DNA of 64,000 nt from the NCBI GenBank assembly GCA_963674595.2, contig CAXXFV010000023.1, positions 576,001-640,000 of the forward strand, given 5' to 3'. The position numbers and the translations under genes are program-made. Positions within the stretch are counted from its first letter, which is position 1; the number at the start of each line of letters is the position of its first letter. A model generated the notes under the pieces. That model saw nothing but the letters and a program-made list of their open reading frames with translations, was not told where the DNA came from and made no database searches. This DNA is from a bacterium. Lineage in GTDB: Bacteria; Zhuqueibacterota; Zhuqueibacteria; Residuimicrobiales; Krinioviventaceae. Below, piece after piece: positions 40,039-50,223 of the stretch.

Positions 40039-40383
40039 ATGAGCATGCAAGAGATTGGCTGTTGCGGGGCTTATTGTAAGACCCGTAAGGAATTTACAAG
40101 AGGGAATTGTCCCGGCTGTAAACTCGGATATACTGAAGGGACAAGAGATATCAATAAGGCAAAATGCAAAATGAAAGTTTGTTGTTTTAAAGAAAAACAA
40201 TTAAATACGTGCGCCGATTGCCGGGATTATCCGTCATGTCCAATCATTCAGACCTGGTTTAACACCTCCGGATACAAGTATAAAAAGTACAAGGAATCAA
40301 TTGAGTATATCAGAAATTTTGGATATGACAGTTTTTTAGCAAAAACTGATCAATGGCAAAATCAATATGGTAAATTGAAATAG
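40039..40383 (+). CDS. Small Cys-rich protein (DUF3795-like)
   Basis: 'IGCCGAYC', 'CPGC', 'CKMKVCC', 'CADC..YPSC'. Confidence 0.75.
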   Translation: MSMQEIGCCGAYCKTRKEFTRGNCPGCKLGYTEGTRDINKAKCKMKVCCFKEKQLNTCADCRDYPSCPIIQTWFNTSGYKYKKYKESIEYIRNFGYDSFLAKTDQWQNQYGKLK

Positions 40384-40520
40384 TACTTTAAAAAGCAATC
40401 ACAGTTTTCTAATTATGTTTTTTTTAAGATCGGTTAATATTGCTGATTTATAAAATGAGCGTTGTGTGCCTGCTGTTGTAAGTATATTAAAAGACAGACT
40501 TTATAATGAGTTGATTTAAA

Positions 40521-41879
40521 ATGGATATTATTGGAATATTATTCTTTTCGCTTGGTTTATTTATGTCTATCACCCAGGGCTTTATGATGCTGGTTGGGAC
40601 ATTGTCCCATGGAGCGCCCCTTGGTGTTGATGTTTTAATGCCGGTTGATATTCCTATTTATCTTATTCTGTTCCTGGTAAAAGACAAAAGCAAAACCACC
40701 CGATTTAAAAACACTGTCACAACCGGTAAAGTCCTTGGGGTATTGTTTTTCCTGTTGTCCATCTCGGGTGTGTTTTTTGCTGAAGAACCGACGTACGTTC
40801 GGTTCCAGATTGTTCTTTTGGGGCGGGCCATACTGGTTTTTTACTGTCTGGCATCCAGGTTACATGATAAAAAATCCCTGGAAAAATTTGTTATTGGCTT
40901 GTTATTTGGTTTTGGTTTTCAATGTCTGATTGGGTTTTATCAATGGCGAGTTGGTCCTATTTCAATCCCATACCTCGTAACACCATCGAAAAATGTTTCC
41001 GGTACCTTTAATGGTGTTAGAAATGCATTTGCTTTGTATCTTATTACGATATTACCCCTGGTTATACGGGTGGCCTTTTTTACAAAACTTCGTTTCAAAT
41101 GGGCCTGGTATGGAATAACCGTAATGGGGTTGGGATGCCTGTTTGCAACATTTACCCGTGGTGCATGGCTGGGTTTTGTTTTTTCAATGGCTTTGTTTTT
41201 TAGCAAAGATTTATTTGCTTCGCGTATGCCGATTCGGCAAAAGATTTATTTTGTGTCGGTCACGATACTTGTCATTCTGGTTATGACATTTCGATACGGA
41301 GGGCACATTACTCAACGAATGTCCGATTCTTCTGAAACATTAAAAGGTGATAAAAAGGAGAGCCGGATAAATTTGGCCAAGGATGCCATACGGGTGTTTA
41401 AACTTCATCCACTGCTTGGTGTTGGAATGGAAAATTATCGCTACCATTCCGATAAATCCATCCCCGGTCTTCGCATTGTTCACAATGCCTATTTATTGAT
41501 AGCCGCCGAACAGGGTGTTTTTAGTATTGTCATATTTTTAATATTACATGGACTGGTATTTTTTCGGGGATTAGCATTACTTGAAGCAAAAGATACTTTT
41601 ATATATCAGGTAGGCTCGGCAACCCTGACTAGTTTTGTCTCTGTTATGATTTATCACATGATTGCGCCCGATTATCGTTTAAATGGCGTGATTACGCATC
41701 ATTGGCGAATTCCGGGGATGATCCTTGGTTTGCTGGTATGTATGGCGTTAAGTGAAAAAGTATCAAAGAGAAAGACTGCCAAACTTGCAGGGAAAAAAGC
41801 GCCTGTGCTTCCACCTGACTCTGACACAAGCAGCTCTTCTGAAAATAATACAACTCACAATAATTTTGGTACGTGGTAA
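40521..41879 (+). CDS. O-antigen ligase / Wzy polymerase family protein
   Basis: 'TFTRGAW', 'R..LAKDA', 'PLLGVGMENY', 'VHNAYLLIAAEQG'; about 11 TM. Confidence 0.88.
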   Translation: MDIIGILFFSLGLFMSITQGFMMLVGTLSHGAPLGVDVLMPVDIPIYLILFLVKDKSKTTRFKNTVTTGKVLGVLFFLLSISGVFFAEEPTYVRFQIVLLGRAILVFYCLASRLHDKKSLEKFVIGLLFGFGFQCLIGFYQWRVGPISIPYLVTPSKNVSGTFNGVRNAFALYLITILPLVIRVAFFTKLRFKWAWYGITVMGLGCLFATFTRGAWLGFVFSMALFFSKDLFASRMPIRQKIYFVSVTILVILVMTFRYGGHITQRMSDSSETLKGDKKESRINLAKDAIRVFKLHPLLGVGMENYRYHSDKSIPGLRIVHNAYLLIAAEQGVFSIVIFLILHGLVFFRGLALLEAKDTFIYQVGSATLTSFVSVMIYHMIAPDYRLNGVITHHWRIPGMILGLLVCMALSEKVSKRKTAKLAGKKAPVLPPDSDTSSSSENNTTHNNFGTW

Positions 41880-41898
41880 TTTTATCTAATTAATATTT

Positions 41899-43359
41899 AT
41901 GGCATCATTAAAAAAGAATATCAGTTTTACCGGTATAAGTCAATTTTTATACGCAATATTGGCTTTTTTACTTATACCGTTTGTTGCCCGCTACCTGGGG
42001 CCGGAAGGATTAGGGCTCTATTCGCTGGCGGCGACAATCGGATTTTTTGTGTCGCTGGCAACAGATTGGGGACTTTCTACTTTACTGACCCGGGAGGTTG
42101 CTCAATATAAATCTTTGGCAGCACGGTTTTTTTCCTATTGCACGAGTATAAAATTTGTTCTCTCTCTGCTATCGTTTTTAATACTGTTAATTTACTTGTA
42201 CCTGGGAGATTTTGGGGACGTTGCCATACAGACGATATTGATTTTTACACTGGCTTCCATTATCAGTTCATTTTCGCAATTGGTATTTTCCGTGTTTCGT
42301 GCATTTGAAAAAATGCATTATGAAGCGTTGGCCGTGTTTATTGATAAATTTTTATCCGTTTTATTGGGTATTACATTTTTGGTGTTAGGATTCGGAATTC
42401 GGGTTTTTATAACTTCGTTTGTCATTGCTGCCATCATTAAATTTTTATATGCTGTTTATATTCTTTCAAAAAATTTCTTTCTCATCAAAGTCCGTTTCAA
42501 CCGAAAAAAATCGGTTGTTCTATTATCTGTTTCCATTACATTCGGTTTGTCTACCTTTTTGGCATTTTGTTATAATTATATAGACATTCTCATGTTAACT
42601 GAAATGACAAGTATGGAAGCGGTTGGACTTTATTCCGGCAGCTACAAGTTTTTAAATTTAACAAGTATGATTCCGGCCGTGCTGGCGACGGCATTTTTGC
42701 CACAGCTTTCCAGGTTTGCACAAAATCGTCAATTGCTCATGCAGACATTTTTTAAGGGGTGCCGTTATTTATGTTACATCGTCCTGCCGCTTGTTCCGGC
42801 AACGTTTTTACTTGCCGGCACCATTGTTTTTCTGGTTTTAGGTCCCGAATATGAAGGGTCTGTTGGGTCATTAAAAATTCTTGTTGTTGCTTCTATGGGG
42901 CAGATGTTTAATACATTTTTTGTGCCGCTTTATGCTGCCGTGAATATGCAAAAAAAAATCGTTTATTTTCAAATAGTTGGGTTATGCTTTAATGTCTTGT
43001 TAAATATAATCTTGATACCAAAATTCAGTTTTTATGGCGCAGCAATTGCAACTGTTTTAACAGAATGGTGTATTTTTATATTTATTTTAACACAGGCAAA
43101 AAAGAAAATTTTTACACCATCACCTGCGGTAAAAGAGTTTTGGACTTTTTTTTATCGTATTTTGATTGCCTCAATTGTTATGAGTATTGGTATACTTGTT
43201 ACGCAATCATTAAATTTTGAAAGTAAATATGTTATATGTATCGCATTTGTGTTGTATGCAGCCATACTGCAGCTATCAGGTGGATTGAATTTTTTTCAAC
43301 TTTATGCGCAACTCGTGGATTTTTTAAAAAGCAGAGAACATATTGACAAACAAAATTGA
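41899..43359 (+). CDS. Wzx-type flippase, second
   Basis: 'ARYLGPEGLG', 'DWGLSTLLTRE', 'VGLYSGSYK', 'LLNIILIPKFSFYGAAIAT'. Confidence 0.9.
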   Translation: MASLKKNISFTGISQFLYAILAFLLIPFVARYLGPEGLGLYSLAATIGFFVSLATDWGLSTLLTREVAQYKSLAARFFSYCTSIKFVLSLLSFLILLIYLYLGDFGDVAIQTILIFTLASIISSFSQLVFSVFRAFEKMHYEALAVFIDKFLSVLLGITFLVLGFGIRVFITSFVIAAIIKFLYAVYILSKNFFLIKVRFNRKKSVVLLSVSITFGLSTFLAFCYNYIDILMLTEMTSMEAVGLYSGSYKFLNLTSMIPAVLATAFLPQLSRFAQNRQLLMQTFFKGCRYLCYIVLPLVPATFLLAGTIVFLVLGPEYEGSVGSLKILVVASMGQMFNTFFVPLYAAVNMQKKIVYFQIVGLCFNVLLNIILIPKFSFYGAAIATVLTEWCIFIFILTQAKKKIFTPSPAVKEFWTFFYRILIASIVMSIGILVTQSLNFESKYVICIAFVLYAAILQLSGGLNFFQLYAQLVDFLKSREHIDKQN

Positions 43360-44113
43360 AAAGCTTCAGGAGTTTTATAAAAACGAAGAGGCATTAGTAA
43401 CATCACCATTTATTACACAATTTGGACAAGTAAACAGCGATCTTTTAGATAATGTATTTGCACAGTTGGAAATAGAAACCGGAAAAAACGTTGGGGACGT
43501 TGGTTGCGGTTCCGGCTTGTTGTCAACATATTTTAAAAAACATGAATACATTGGATTGGATATTGTTATACAATCTTCTGTTAGCAATATGAATGGCCGA
43601 CACTGTTCTTTTGTTCAGGGTGATGCACAAAAATTACCATTTGACAATAACAGTCTTGACCTGATAACATGTGTAGATAGTTTTGAGCACCACCCGGACC
43701 AAAATCGGGTTGTACGAGAATTTTACCGGGTTTTAAAAGAAAATGGCACTGTATTTTTGTCTGTTCCGACTTATGCCAATGTTGCCGGAATTGTGAAAAA
43801 GGTGATGGAAAAATGGGGCGGATATGAAAAAGATACATGGGCCCCGTTTGATTTTTGGAAACCGGAAGAGTTGGAACATTTTATAACACCTGGAAAAATT
43901 AAGAATGTTTTTTCCAGTGCAGGTTTTTCACAGTTTAAAATGATTGGTTTTGCAGATGAAGTTTCTGTCGGCATGTTTCCATGGATTTGGCACCCTAAAA
44001 TGCCGGGAAAACTGGAAAAATTAATTCGCTTGTTTTTTAAAGGAATAGCCAAGCCCCTTGTTAGGTTATGTCCTTATGCAAGTTTACATACATTCTGGAA
44101 AATACAAAAATAA
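43343..44113 (+). CDS. Class I SAM-dependent methyltransferase
   Basis: 'DVGCGSG', 'GDAQKLPFDNNSLD', 'EH', 'RVLKENG'. Confidence 0.88.
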   Translation: MTNKIEKLQEFYKNEEALVTSPFITQFGQVNSDLLDNVFAQLEIETGKNVGDVGCGSGLLSTYFKKHEYIGLDIVIQSSVSNMNGRHCSFVQGDAQKLPFDNNSLDLITCVDSFEHHPDQNRVVREFYRVLKENGTVFLSVPTYANVAGIVKKVMEKWGGYEKDTWAPFDFWKPEELEHFITPGKIKNVFSSAGFSQFKMIGFADEVSVGMFPWIWHPKMPGKLEKLIRLFFKGIAKPLVRLCPYASLHTFWKIQK

Positions 44114-44137
44114 TATGCGACTATTTGAGGATAGCTT

Positions 44138-46210
44138 ATGAAATTAATTTGGAAAATATTGGTTTTGAATATCATATTTATTGGGTTTGGATTTCAGGCC
44201 TTTGCACAGGACCGTTTTGAGCCGCCCTATCCACGTATTGGTATGCTTGATTTTGTCAGTGCTCGTAACGATTTTTCCAATGGATCTCGAAATGAATATA
44301 TTGCACAGTATGATATGCTTATAATCGATGCGATTGTTGAAAACGGCGGCCATCAACAGGGTGAGATTATGAGACAACTCAATCCGGACCAAATTCTTTT
44401 GGGAACGGCTGTAAATGGATTATGGTTATATGATCCTGTTGAGTATAACCTGACTCTGGCATATCGCGGTACGTTGCTACAGGATGTCGTTGCGGGACAA
44501 GGAACAATTTACCTGAGTAATACGGAAAATATGGAAGCAAATGGTGATATTTATATTACTGTAAATAATGATATTGTCAAAGCTTTTGGTGTTGTAAATG
44601 ACACAACGCTTTCCGTTGTTACCAATTCCATAGATCCCCTGGCCTTTAACACATCTCATGCTGCCGGAAGCGAGGTGTATTGTTTGGTACGTGTTTTAGG
44701 TGGCGGCTTGCAACCCAATTTCAGTTCCTTTGCTCCGCAGGTAGATGGAAGATATGTATGGGAATATCTTGCTAATAAAAATTTTAATTCCAAAATGAAC
44801 TGGACAGCCGGTATTTTTGATGGTTTTTTTCATGATTACTTTCATATTCATCCTGGAAATTATGAAAATAAAGATTTTGATTTAAACGCTGTAGCTGACT
44901 GGGGGGAACATGGTGAAACCTGGATGATAAATGAATGGCTCTATGGTACAGAGAAATTTTTGCACAGTGAACTGGATACGATGAACCTTAAAACACCGGA
45001 CCTTGCCAATTTGATGTGTGTAAATAATGGCGCCGGAATTGAAGAATATTTTGATCTTATTAATGGATGTATGATAGAAGGTTATCAACGTTTTTCCGAC
45101 TGGGAATATGTTCATGACGATTTGGTCGCGTGGATGCAAAATGGCAAAAAACCAAATATGTGTATTATTTATGATTATATCAAAGAAGATCATTTTTATA
45201 ACGGTCGGGAACGTTATACGCAACGACGGTTTGGCTTGACGCACTCTATGTTGACTGAATGTTATTATGGAATTACAGCCGGCAGTTTATATCAGTTGCT
45301 TTTATGGTATGATGAATTTGATGCAGATATGGGGTACCCTGTTGATGATCAAATTCATACTCTTTCCAACGGTTGTTTGGCGCGTCAGTTTACCAAGGGA
45401 ATTGCTATTTGTAATCCTACAGGACTTGAACAAACAGTCACCTCCGGTATGCTTGCTGCCATGCCTTCCCCTACAGGCAATTTATATAGAATGAAAGGTG
45501 GTCAGGACCCTGATTTTAATACCGGTGAACTATTTGATGATGTAGCATTATCCGGTATTGATTACGGCAGCCACAATTTACGAGGTGATGGAATTTTACT
45601 TTTTTACGATTCGACCACGGTTGTGGCAGATATTGTTGTTGATAATTTTAGATACAATGCGACCTCGCCGGGTTCAGAGCCGGTGGTTTTGGAAGGCTAT
45701 TGGGTTAAGAACTCTTCTGACGGTTACACAGACATGACCCAGAATAATCCTTACTATTGTCAATGGGGAAGCGAACGGACATGGTCTGTGGCAACCTATA
45801 CTTTTAATGAAGCCTATGGATACCATGCTACCTATCCCGGTAATGGCGACACAACAGCAACCTGGGTACCTACAATCGGTGTACCGGGCTGGTATGAAGT
45901 CAGTGAATGGCATGGCTGGCATGGAAATACAGCCGGGGCTTATGCAGAGGCAACAAATGTTCCGTTTCAAATTGTTGTAAACAATGACACAAAGATCCAT
46001 GGGATTATTAATCAGCAGGCAAATGCCGGTCAATGGAACCGGTTAGGTTTTGCATATATGCCCAAGGGAACCAACAGCTTTGTCCGTATTAATAACAAGG
46101 CAAATGGTTATGTTATTGCTGACGCGATGCGGTTCCGTTTTATGGGTGACGATTATGTCCCGGATCTGACGCCTCCGGAAAAGCCCCAAAATGTTCAGAT
46201 TGTTAAATAG
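44138..46210 (+). CDS. Secreted putative glycoside hydrolase (GHL15-like) with golvesin/CBM-like C-terminal domain
   Basis: Signal peptide; 'FDGFFHD', 'G.MIEG', 'WYDEFDADMGYP', 'RQFTKGIAICNPT'; golvesin-type 'ATW.P...GWYEV..W...NQQANAGQWNRLG...VIADAMRF'. Confidence 0.7.
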   Translation: MKLIWKILVLNIIFIGFGFQAFAQDRFEPPYPRIGMLDFVSARNDFSNGSRNEYIAQYDMLIIDAIVENGGHQQGEIMRQLNPDQILLGTAVNGLWLYDPVEYNLTLAYRGTLLQDVVAGQGTIYLSNTENMEANGDIYITVNNDIVKAFGVVNDTTLSVVTNSIDPLAFNTSHAAGSEVYCLVRVLGGGLQPNFSSFAPQVDGRYVWEYLANKNFNSKMNWTAGIFDGFFHDYFHIHPGNYENKDFDLNAVADWGEHGETWMINEWLYGTEKFLHSELDTMNLKTPDLANLMCVNNGAGIEEYFDLINGCMIEGYQRFSDWEYVHDDLVAWMQNGKKPNMCIIYDYIKEDHFYNGRERYTQRRFGLTHSMLTECYYGITAGSLYQLLLWYDEFDADMGYPVDDQIHTLSNGCLARQFTKGIAICNPTGLEQTVTSGMLAAMPSPTGNLYRMKGGQDPDFNTGELFDDVALSGIDYGSHNLRGDGILLFYDSTTVVADIVVDNFRYNATSPGSEPVVLEGYWVKNSSDGYTDMTQNNPYYCQWGSERTWSVATYTFNEAYGYHATYPGNGDTTATWVPTIGVPGWYEVSEWHGWHGNTAGAYAEATNVPFQIVVNNDTKIHGIINQQANAGQWNRLGFAYMPKGTNSFVRINNKANGYVIADAMRFRFMGDDYVPDLTPPEKPQNVQIVK

Positions 46211-46470
46211 TTGCCTTTGGGGGATATTGTTTTTTTGATTTAATATTTATTTACATAATCCTTGGGGGATTTTTATCTTTTTCTGTTCCCATGTTTAACA
46301 ACAGATTCGTCTTTTTAATCTTTTCCTGCCACAAGTATCTTGTTTTTTAATTCAAATATCCTTAATTTTTTAACCATATTTTTTTTCTGCATATTGGCTT
46401 GTGCAGCAATATATTTAAGTGGTAATATAAAGCTCAGGCTTTTTCATTTCTATTAGAATCTGGAGTCTTT

Positions 46471-48576
46471 ATGGCTGAAAATAAAATCAAACCATCTTTT
46501 TTGGTCCTTTCCGGTTTGACTGCCTTTCTTGTGTTTTGGTTGATTGAAGCTGTTTTTTATCAATTATTCTCACCAAAATACAGTTATTTTTATCTCTTTT
46601 CTCTGATCTTGTATATAGTTGGTTTTATTGTTTTAGGTGGTCTGGCTATATTATGTTTTAAAATTTGTTCTTCCCGTTTTGACAGTGAAAAAATTAGATA
46701 TATATTTCCCTATATTTTTGTGTATATGCCGGTTTTAATTTATGGCTTTTTTCAAATTGTTATGATTTTCAAGTGGCCGTTATTACACTTTTATTCGATT
46801 ATATTGTTTTTAATTATTGCATTACTTTTTGTATTGGTTGCTCTACTTTCAGTCCGGACATTGATTAAGTCAGATAAATTTACAAGAGGATTATTCTATT
46901 CGTTGGCGATTATTCTTCCGTTTATTGTCATATTCAGTAACTTTTCTGTTGTTGGGGAAATTTTATATGATTTTACAATGCTGAAATTTGGACTGGCAGT
47001 TTTCTTTTTTATTTTTATGCCGCTTTTTTCAATGTATTTATGCAGCTTTATGGTCAAGGCGTGGCCGGAGCGAAAGGCCGTTTTCCTTGGAGGTTATTTT
47101 TTCATTTTTCTCCTTTTTGTGTCAAGTCTGTGGGGCGGACAAGTTTTAAGGGACAAATATATTTACCGTTATTCCGGGCAAAATATTTTGCAAAATAAAA
47201 CCGATGAATCCATGCCCAATGTTATTTTCATTGTAATGGATACGGCCCGGCGGGACCGTTTCAGTTGTTATGGATATGACCGGAAGACAGAAAATTTTGA
47301 TCAATTTGCTTCCGAGGGAGTTTTATTTACGAATGTAATTTCCACCGCTCCCTGGACACTCCCTTCACATGCCGCCATGTTTACGGGATTTCCATCCTAT
47401 GTACATAACGCCACCCATTCAAATCCTCAAACCGGCCAGGCAAATTATCTAAGTGACGGTTTTACAACCTTGGCTGAGGTGCTGAAAAATAATGGCTATA
47501 GAACAGGTGCTGTTGTTTCCAATACTGCTTTTTTGGCGCCCTGGTCCGGGCTTAATCAGGGTTTCGGGTATTACAGATGTTCGCAGGCATTGGGCGTTTC
47601 TTCTTTTGCTAATATTATTGCTTTAAAATTTAGTCTGATGGAGTACAAAAAATTTCTTTGGAAAACCGGAATTAACGACATTAACGACGCAAATTATATA
47701 AATACCCGAGCACAAAATTGGATAGCTAAAACCAGAAAAACTAAACCCTTTTTCCTGTTTTTGAATTACATGGAACCGCATGGGTTTTATTATTTGCCCA
47801 AGCCTTTTTCATCTCAATATACAACACCATTAAAAGATGAATTGTATAAAAAATATGATTCGTCCTGTAAAATTGAGCTTCCGCAAAACGTGGCACAAAA
47901 ATATTCTGACTGGTATGATAACCAGATTGCTGTTTTGGATGTTGAGTTGGGAAATTTTCTGTCCTATTTAAAGGAAAATGATTTATACGATAACAGTCTT
48001 ATTATCATGACGTCCGATCATGGTCATTTGATGGGTGAGCATGAATATTTCGGACATGATTATTTTCTCTATGAAGAGCTGCTTCGTGTGCCCATGGCTG
48101 TAAAATATCCAAAGGGTACTGTGGTCAATTTGGATGCTGACAAGACGATACAAAATTTTGATATTTACGCAGAAATTTTATCCTTTTTAAACCTGGAACA
48201 TCCGCCTGTTATCAGTCAGCCCTTTGCTTCTGTTTCACATCCTATTTTTGCCGAAGTACGGCAAAATCCACGCGGTAAATTTTGTCCGCAAAGATTTGGA
48301 AAGGACCTGGCCGGTCTTTATGGCGGAGATGACCAATCTATGAAAATCATTTCCGGAACAGACGGTTCAAACGAGTTATACGATGTAAAAACAGATCCTT
48401 TGGAGCAAAATAATCTCATTGGTCCGGATACTGACCAGGAACCGCTTTTAATTCACTTGGAAAAATATTATGAAGAATTGGGGCCTTTGCGCGCTCTGTA
48501 TCTTGATAACAGTGCCCGAAAAAATTTAAAACAGTCGGAAATTGATCGGCTTCGTGCTTTGGGATATATAAAATAA
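46471..48576 (+). CDS. Membrane-anchored sulfatase/alkaline-phosphatase-superfamily enzyme (Thr-type)
   Basis: About 6 N-terminal TM; 'PNVIFIVMDTARRD', 'APWTLPSHAAMFTG', 'NYMEPH', 'TSDHG', 'LRALGYI'. Confidence 0.85.
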   Translation: MAENKIKPSFLVLSGLTAFLVFWLIEAVFYQLFSPKYSYFYLFSLILYIVGFIVLGGLAILCFKICSSRFDSEKIRYIFPYIFVYMPVLIYGFFQIVMIFKWPLLHFYSIILFLIIALLFVLVALLSVRTLIKSDKFTRGLFYSLAIILPFIVIFSNFSVVGEILYDFTMLKFGLAVFFFIFMPLFSMYLCSFMVKAWPERKAVFLGGYFFIFLLFVSSLWGGQVLRDKYIYRYSGQNILQNKTDESMPNVIFIVMDTARRDRFSCYGYDRKTENFDQFASEGVLFTNVISTAPWTLPSHAAMFTGFPSYVHNATHSNPQTGQANYLSDGFTTLAEVLKNNGYRTGAVVSNTAFLAPWSGLNQGFGYYRCSQALGVSSFANIIALKFSLMEYKKFLWKTGINDINDANYINTRAQNWIAKTRKTKPFFLFLNYMEPHGFYYLPKPFSSQYTTPLKDELYKKYDSSCKIELPQNVAQKYSDWYDNQIAVLDVELGNFLSYLKENDLYDNSLIIMTSDHGHLMGEHEYFGHDYFLYEELLRVPMAVKYPKGTVVNLDADKTIQNFDIYAEILSFLNLEHPPVISQPFASVSHPIFAEVRQNPRGKFCPQRFGKDLAGLYGGDDQSMKIISGTDGSNELYDVKTDPLEQNNLIGPDTDQEPLLIHLEKYYEELGPLRALYLDNSARKNLKQSEIDRLRALGYIK

Positions 48577-48585
48577 AGTAAAAAT

Positions 48586-50223
48586 ATGAATAATAAAAAG
48601 ATGTTAAATACCGGCAAATCCGTATTTTCAATTGAAAATATGGTTCTCGCAGTACTTTTGGTTTTGGCCGTAATAATCCGTTTGAAAGGGATCACTTTTG
48701 GTTTCCCGCTTATTGTTCACCCGGATGAACCGACTATTGTTAATATTGCCAAAAACATCATTATAAATAAAGACCTGAATCCTCACTTTTTTAACTACCC
48801 TTCGCTTTTTATATACCTACAGGCTTTTCTTTATGTCATTATTTTTGGGCTTTTAAAAGTTTTTGGAACTGTGCAGCATTTTTCTGATATTGATCCGCTT
48901 GGTTTTTATTTATGGGGCAGAGTGCTGGCGGTTCTATTGGCAATGTCTACGATTTTTATCATGTTCAAAATCGGCAAATTATTGTTCGATCGAATCACGG
49001 CTTTGTTTGCCGTGTTGTTTCTTGGCGTTTCTGTTTTGCATATATCCAACTCTTTTATGATTACGGTTGATTCGCCGTTGGCTTTTTGGGCCATGCTGGC
49101 CATTTTTATGTCCATATTGATTTATAAAAATGGGCCGCAAAAGAAATATTACATTTTGAACGGACTATTTATCGGATTTGCTATAAGTACAAAATATACC
49201 GGATTTTGGGTTGCATTGTCGCTGCTTGCCGCTCATTTTTTGGCTTTTCAAAAGAGTGAAAAAATAAACTGGAATTTAAAATTTATATTTGATAAATATT
49301 TTATCATTGCAGTCGTATTAATCCCCATTGGATTTTTGTTAACTACACCTTTTGCCTTGCTGGATTTTAAAACTTTTATCAGGGATTTTTTGTTTGAGGC
49401 ATCCCATTATCGTGCCGGTCATCCCGGATTGGAAAGTGAAAAATTCAGCTATATTTTTTACATCACCAGGCTGTCACAATATTTTGGAACCATTCCTTTG
49501 TTATTGTCTTTTTTCGGGACTGTTTGGTTATTGATAAAAAATAAAAAACATTTTTTAGTATTGGCGCTTTTTCCATTGATCTATTTTATGTTTTTAGGCT
49601 CATACAAGGTAAGATTTGAACGGAACATGGTTGTTCTTTTGCCCTTTTTGGCGCTTATGGCCGGTTATACCTGTTCGAATTTATACGCTGCTTTAAAAAA
49701 ATATTTACCCAATTTAAATTTAAAATTTTTAAACATTATTGCGGCTGTGATATTTATTGCCCTGTTATCACATCCTGTTTATGAACAGGCACGAAAAGCT
49801 GTCAGGCATGTACGGTTGATTAATTTGCCGGATACGCAGGTGTTTGCAAAAAAATGGATCGAAGCACACATTCCCAAAGAAGCGCTGGTCGGGCAGGAGC
49901 ATTATACCCCGCCTTTGGACTCGACCAAAATTCATGCAGAATACCTGGGCATTTGCGGCATAATTCGACAACCGATTGATAAATATGATTTTTTGATTAC
50001 CAGTAGTTTAAATTACAAACGTTTCTTTAAGAATGAAGAGCAGTTCGCCAAAGAAGCCGGCTTGTATAATGATATCTTTGAGTCACATATTTTACTCAAG
50101 GAATTTGTTCCTGATAAAATACATTCAACCGGAGCGGTTGTAAGAATTTACAAAACAACCTGGTCAAAGATTGATACTCTGAATGCCGTTATTCCCCTTC
50201 AGAAGACAGGGGGAACGAATTAA
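48586..50223 (+). CDS. GT-C glycosyltransferase (GT39/ArnT-like) #4, paralog of #2
   Basis: 'IRLKGITFGFP..VHPDEP', 'NPHFFNYPSL', 'TVD', 'STKY', 'TPFALLDF'. Confidence 0.87.
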   Translation: MNNKKMLNTGKSVFSIENMVLAVLLVLAVIIRLKGITFGFPLIVHPDEPTIVNIAKNIIINKDLNPHFFNYPSLFIYLQAFLYVIIFGLLKVFGTVQHFSDIDPLGFYLWGRVLAVLLAMSTIFIMFKIGKLLFDRITALFAVLFLGVSVLHISNSFMITVDSPLAFWAMLAIFMSILIYKNGPQKKYYILNGLFIGFAISTKYTGFWVALSLLAAHFLAFQKSEKINWNLKFIFDKYFIIAVVLIPIGFLLTTPFALLDFKTFIRDFLFEASHYRAGHPGLESEKFSYIFYITRLSQYFGTIPLLLSFFGTVWLLIKNKKHFLVLALFPLIYFMFLGSYKVRFERNMVVLLPFLALMAGYTCSNLYAALKKYLPNLNLKFLNIIAAVIFIALLSHPVYEQARKAVRHVRLINLPDTQVFAKKWIEAHIPKEALVGQEHYTPPLDSTKIHAEYLGICGIIRQPIDKYDFLITSSLNYKRFFKNEEQFAKEAGLYNDIFESHILLKEFVPDKIHSTGAVVRIYKTTWSKIDTLNAVIPLQKTGGTN

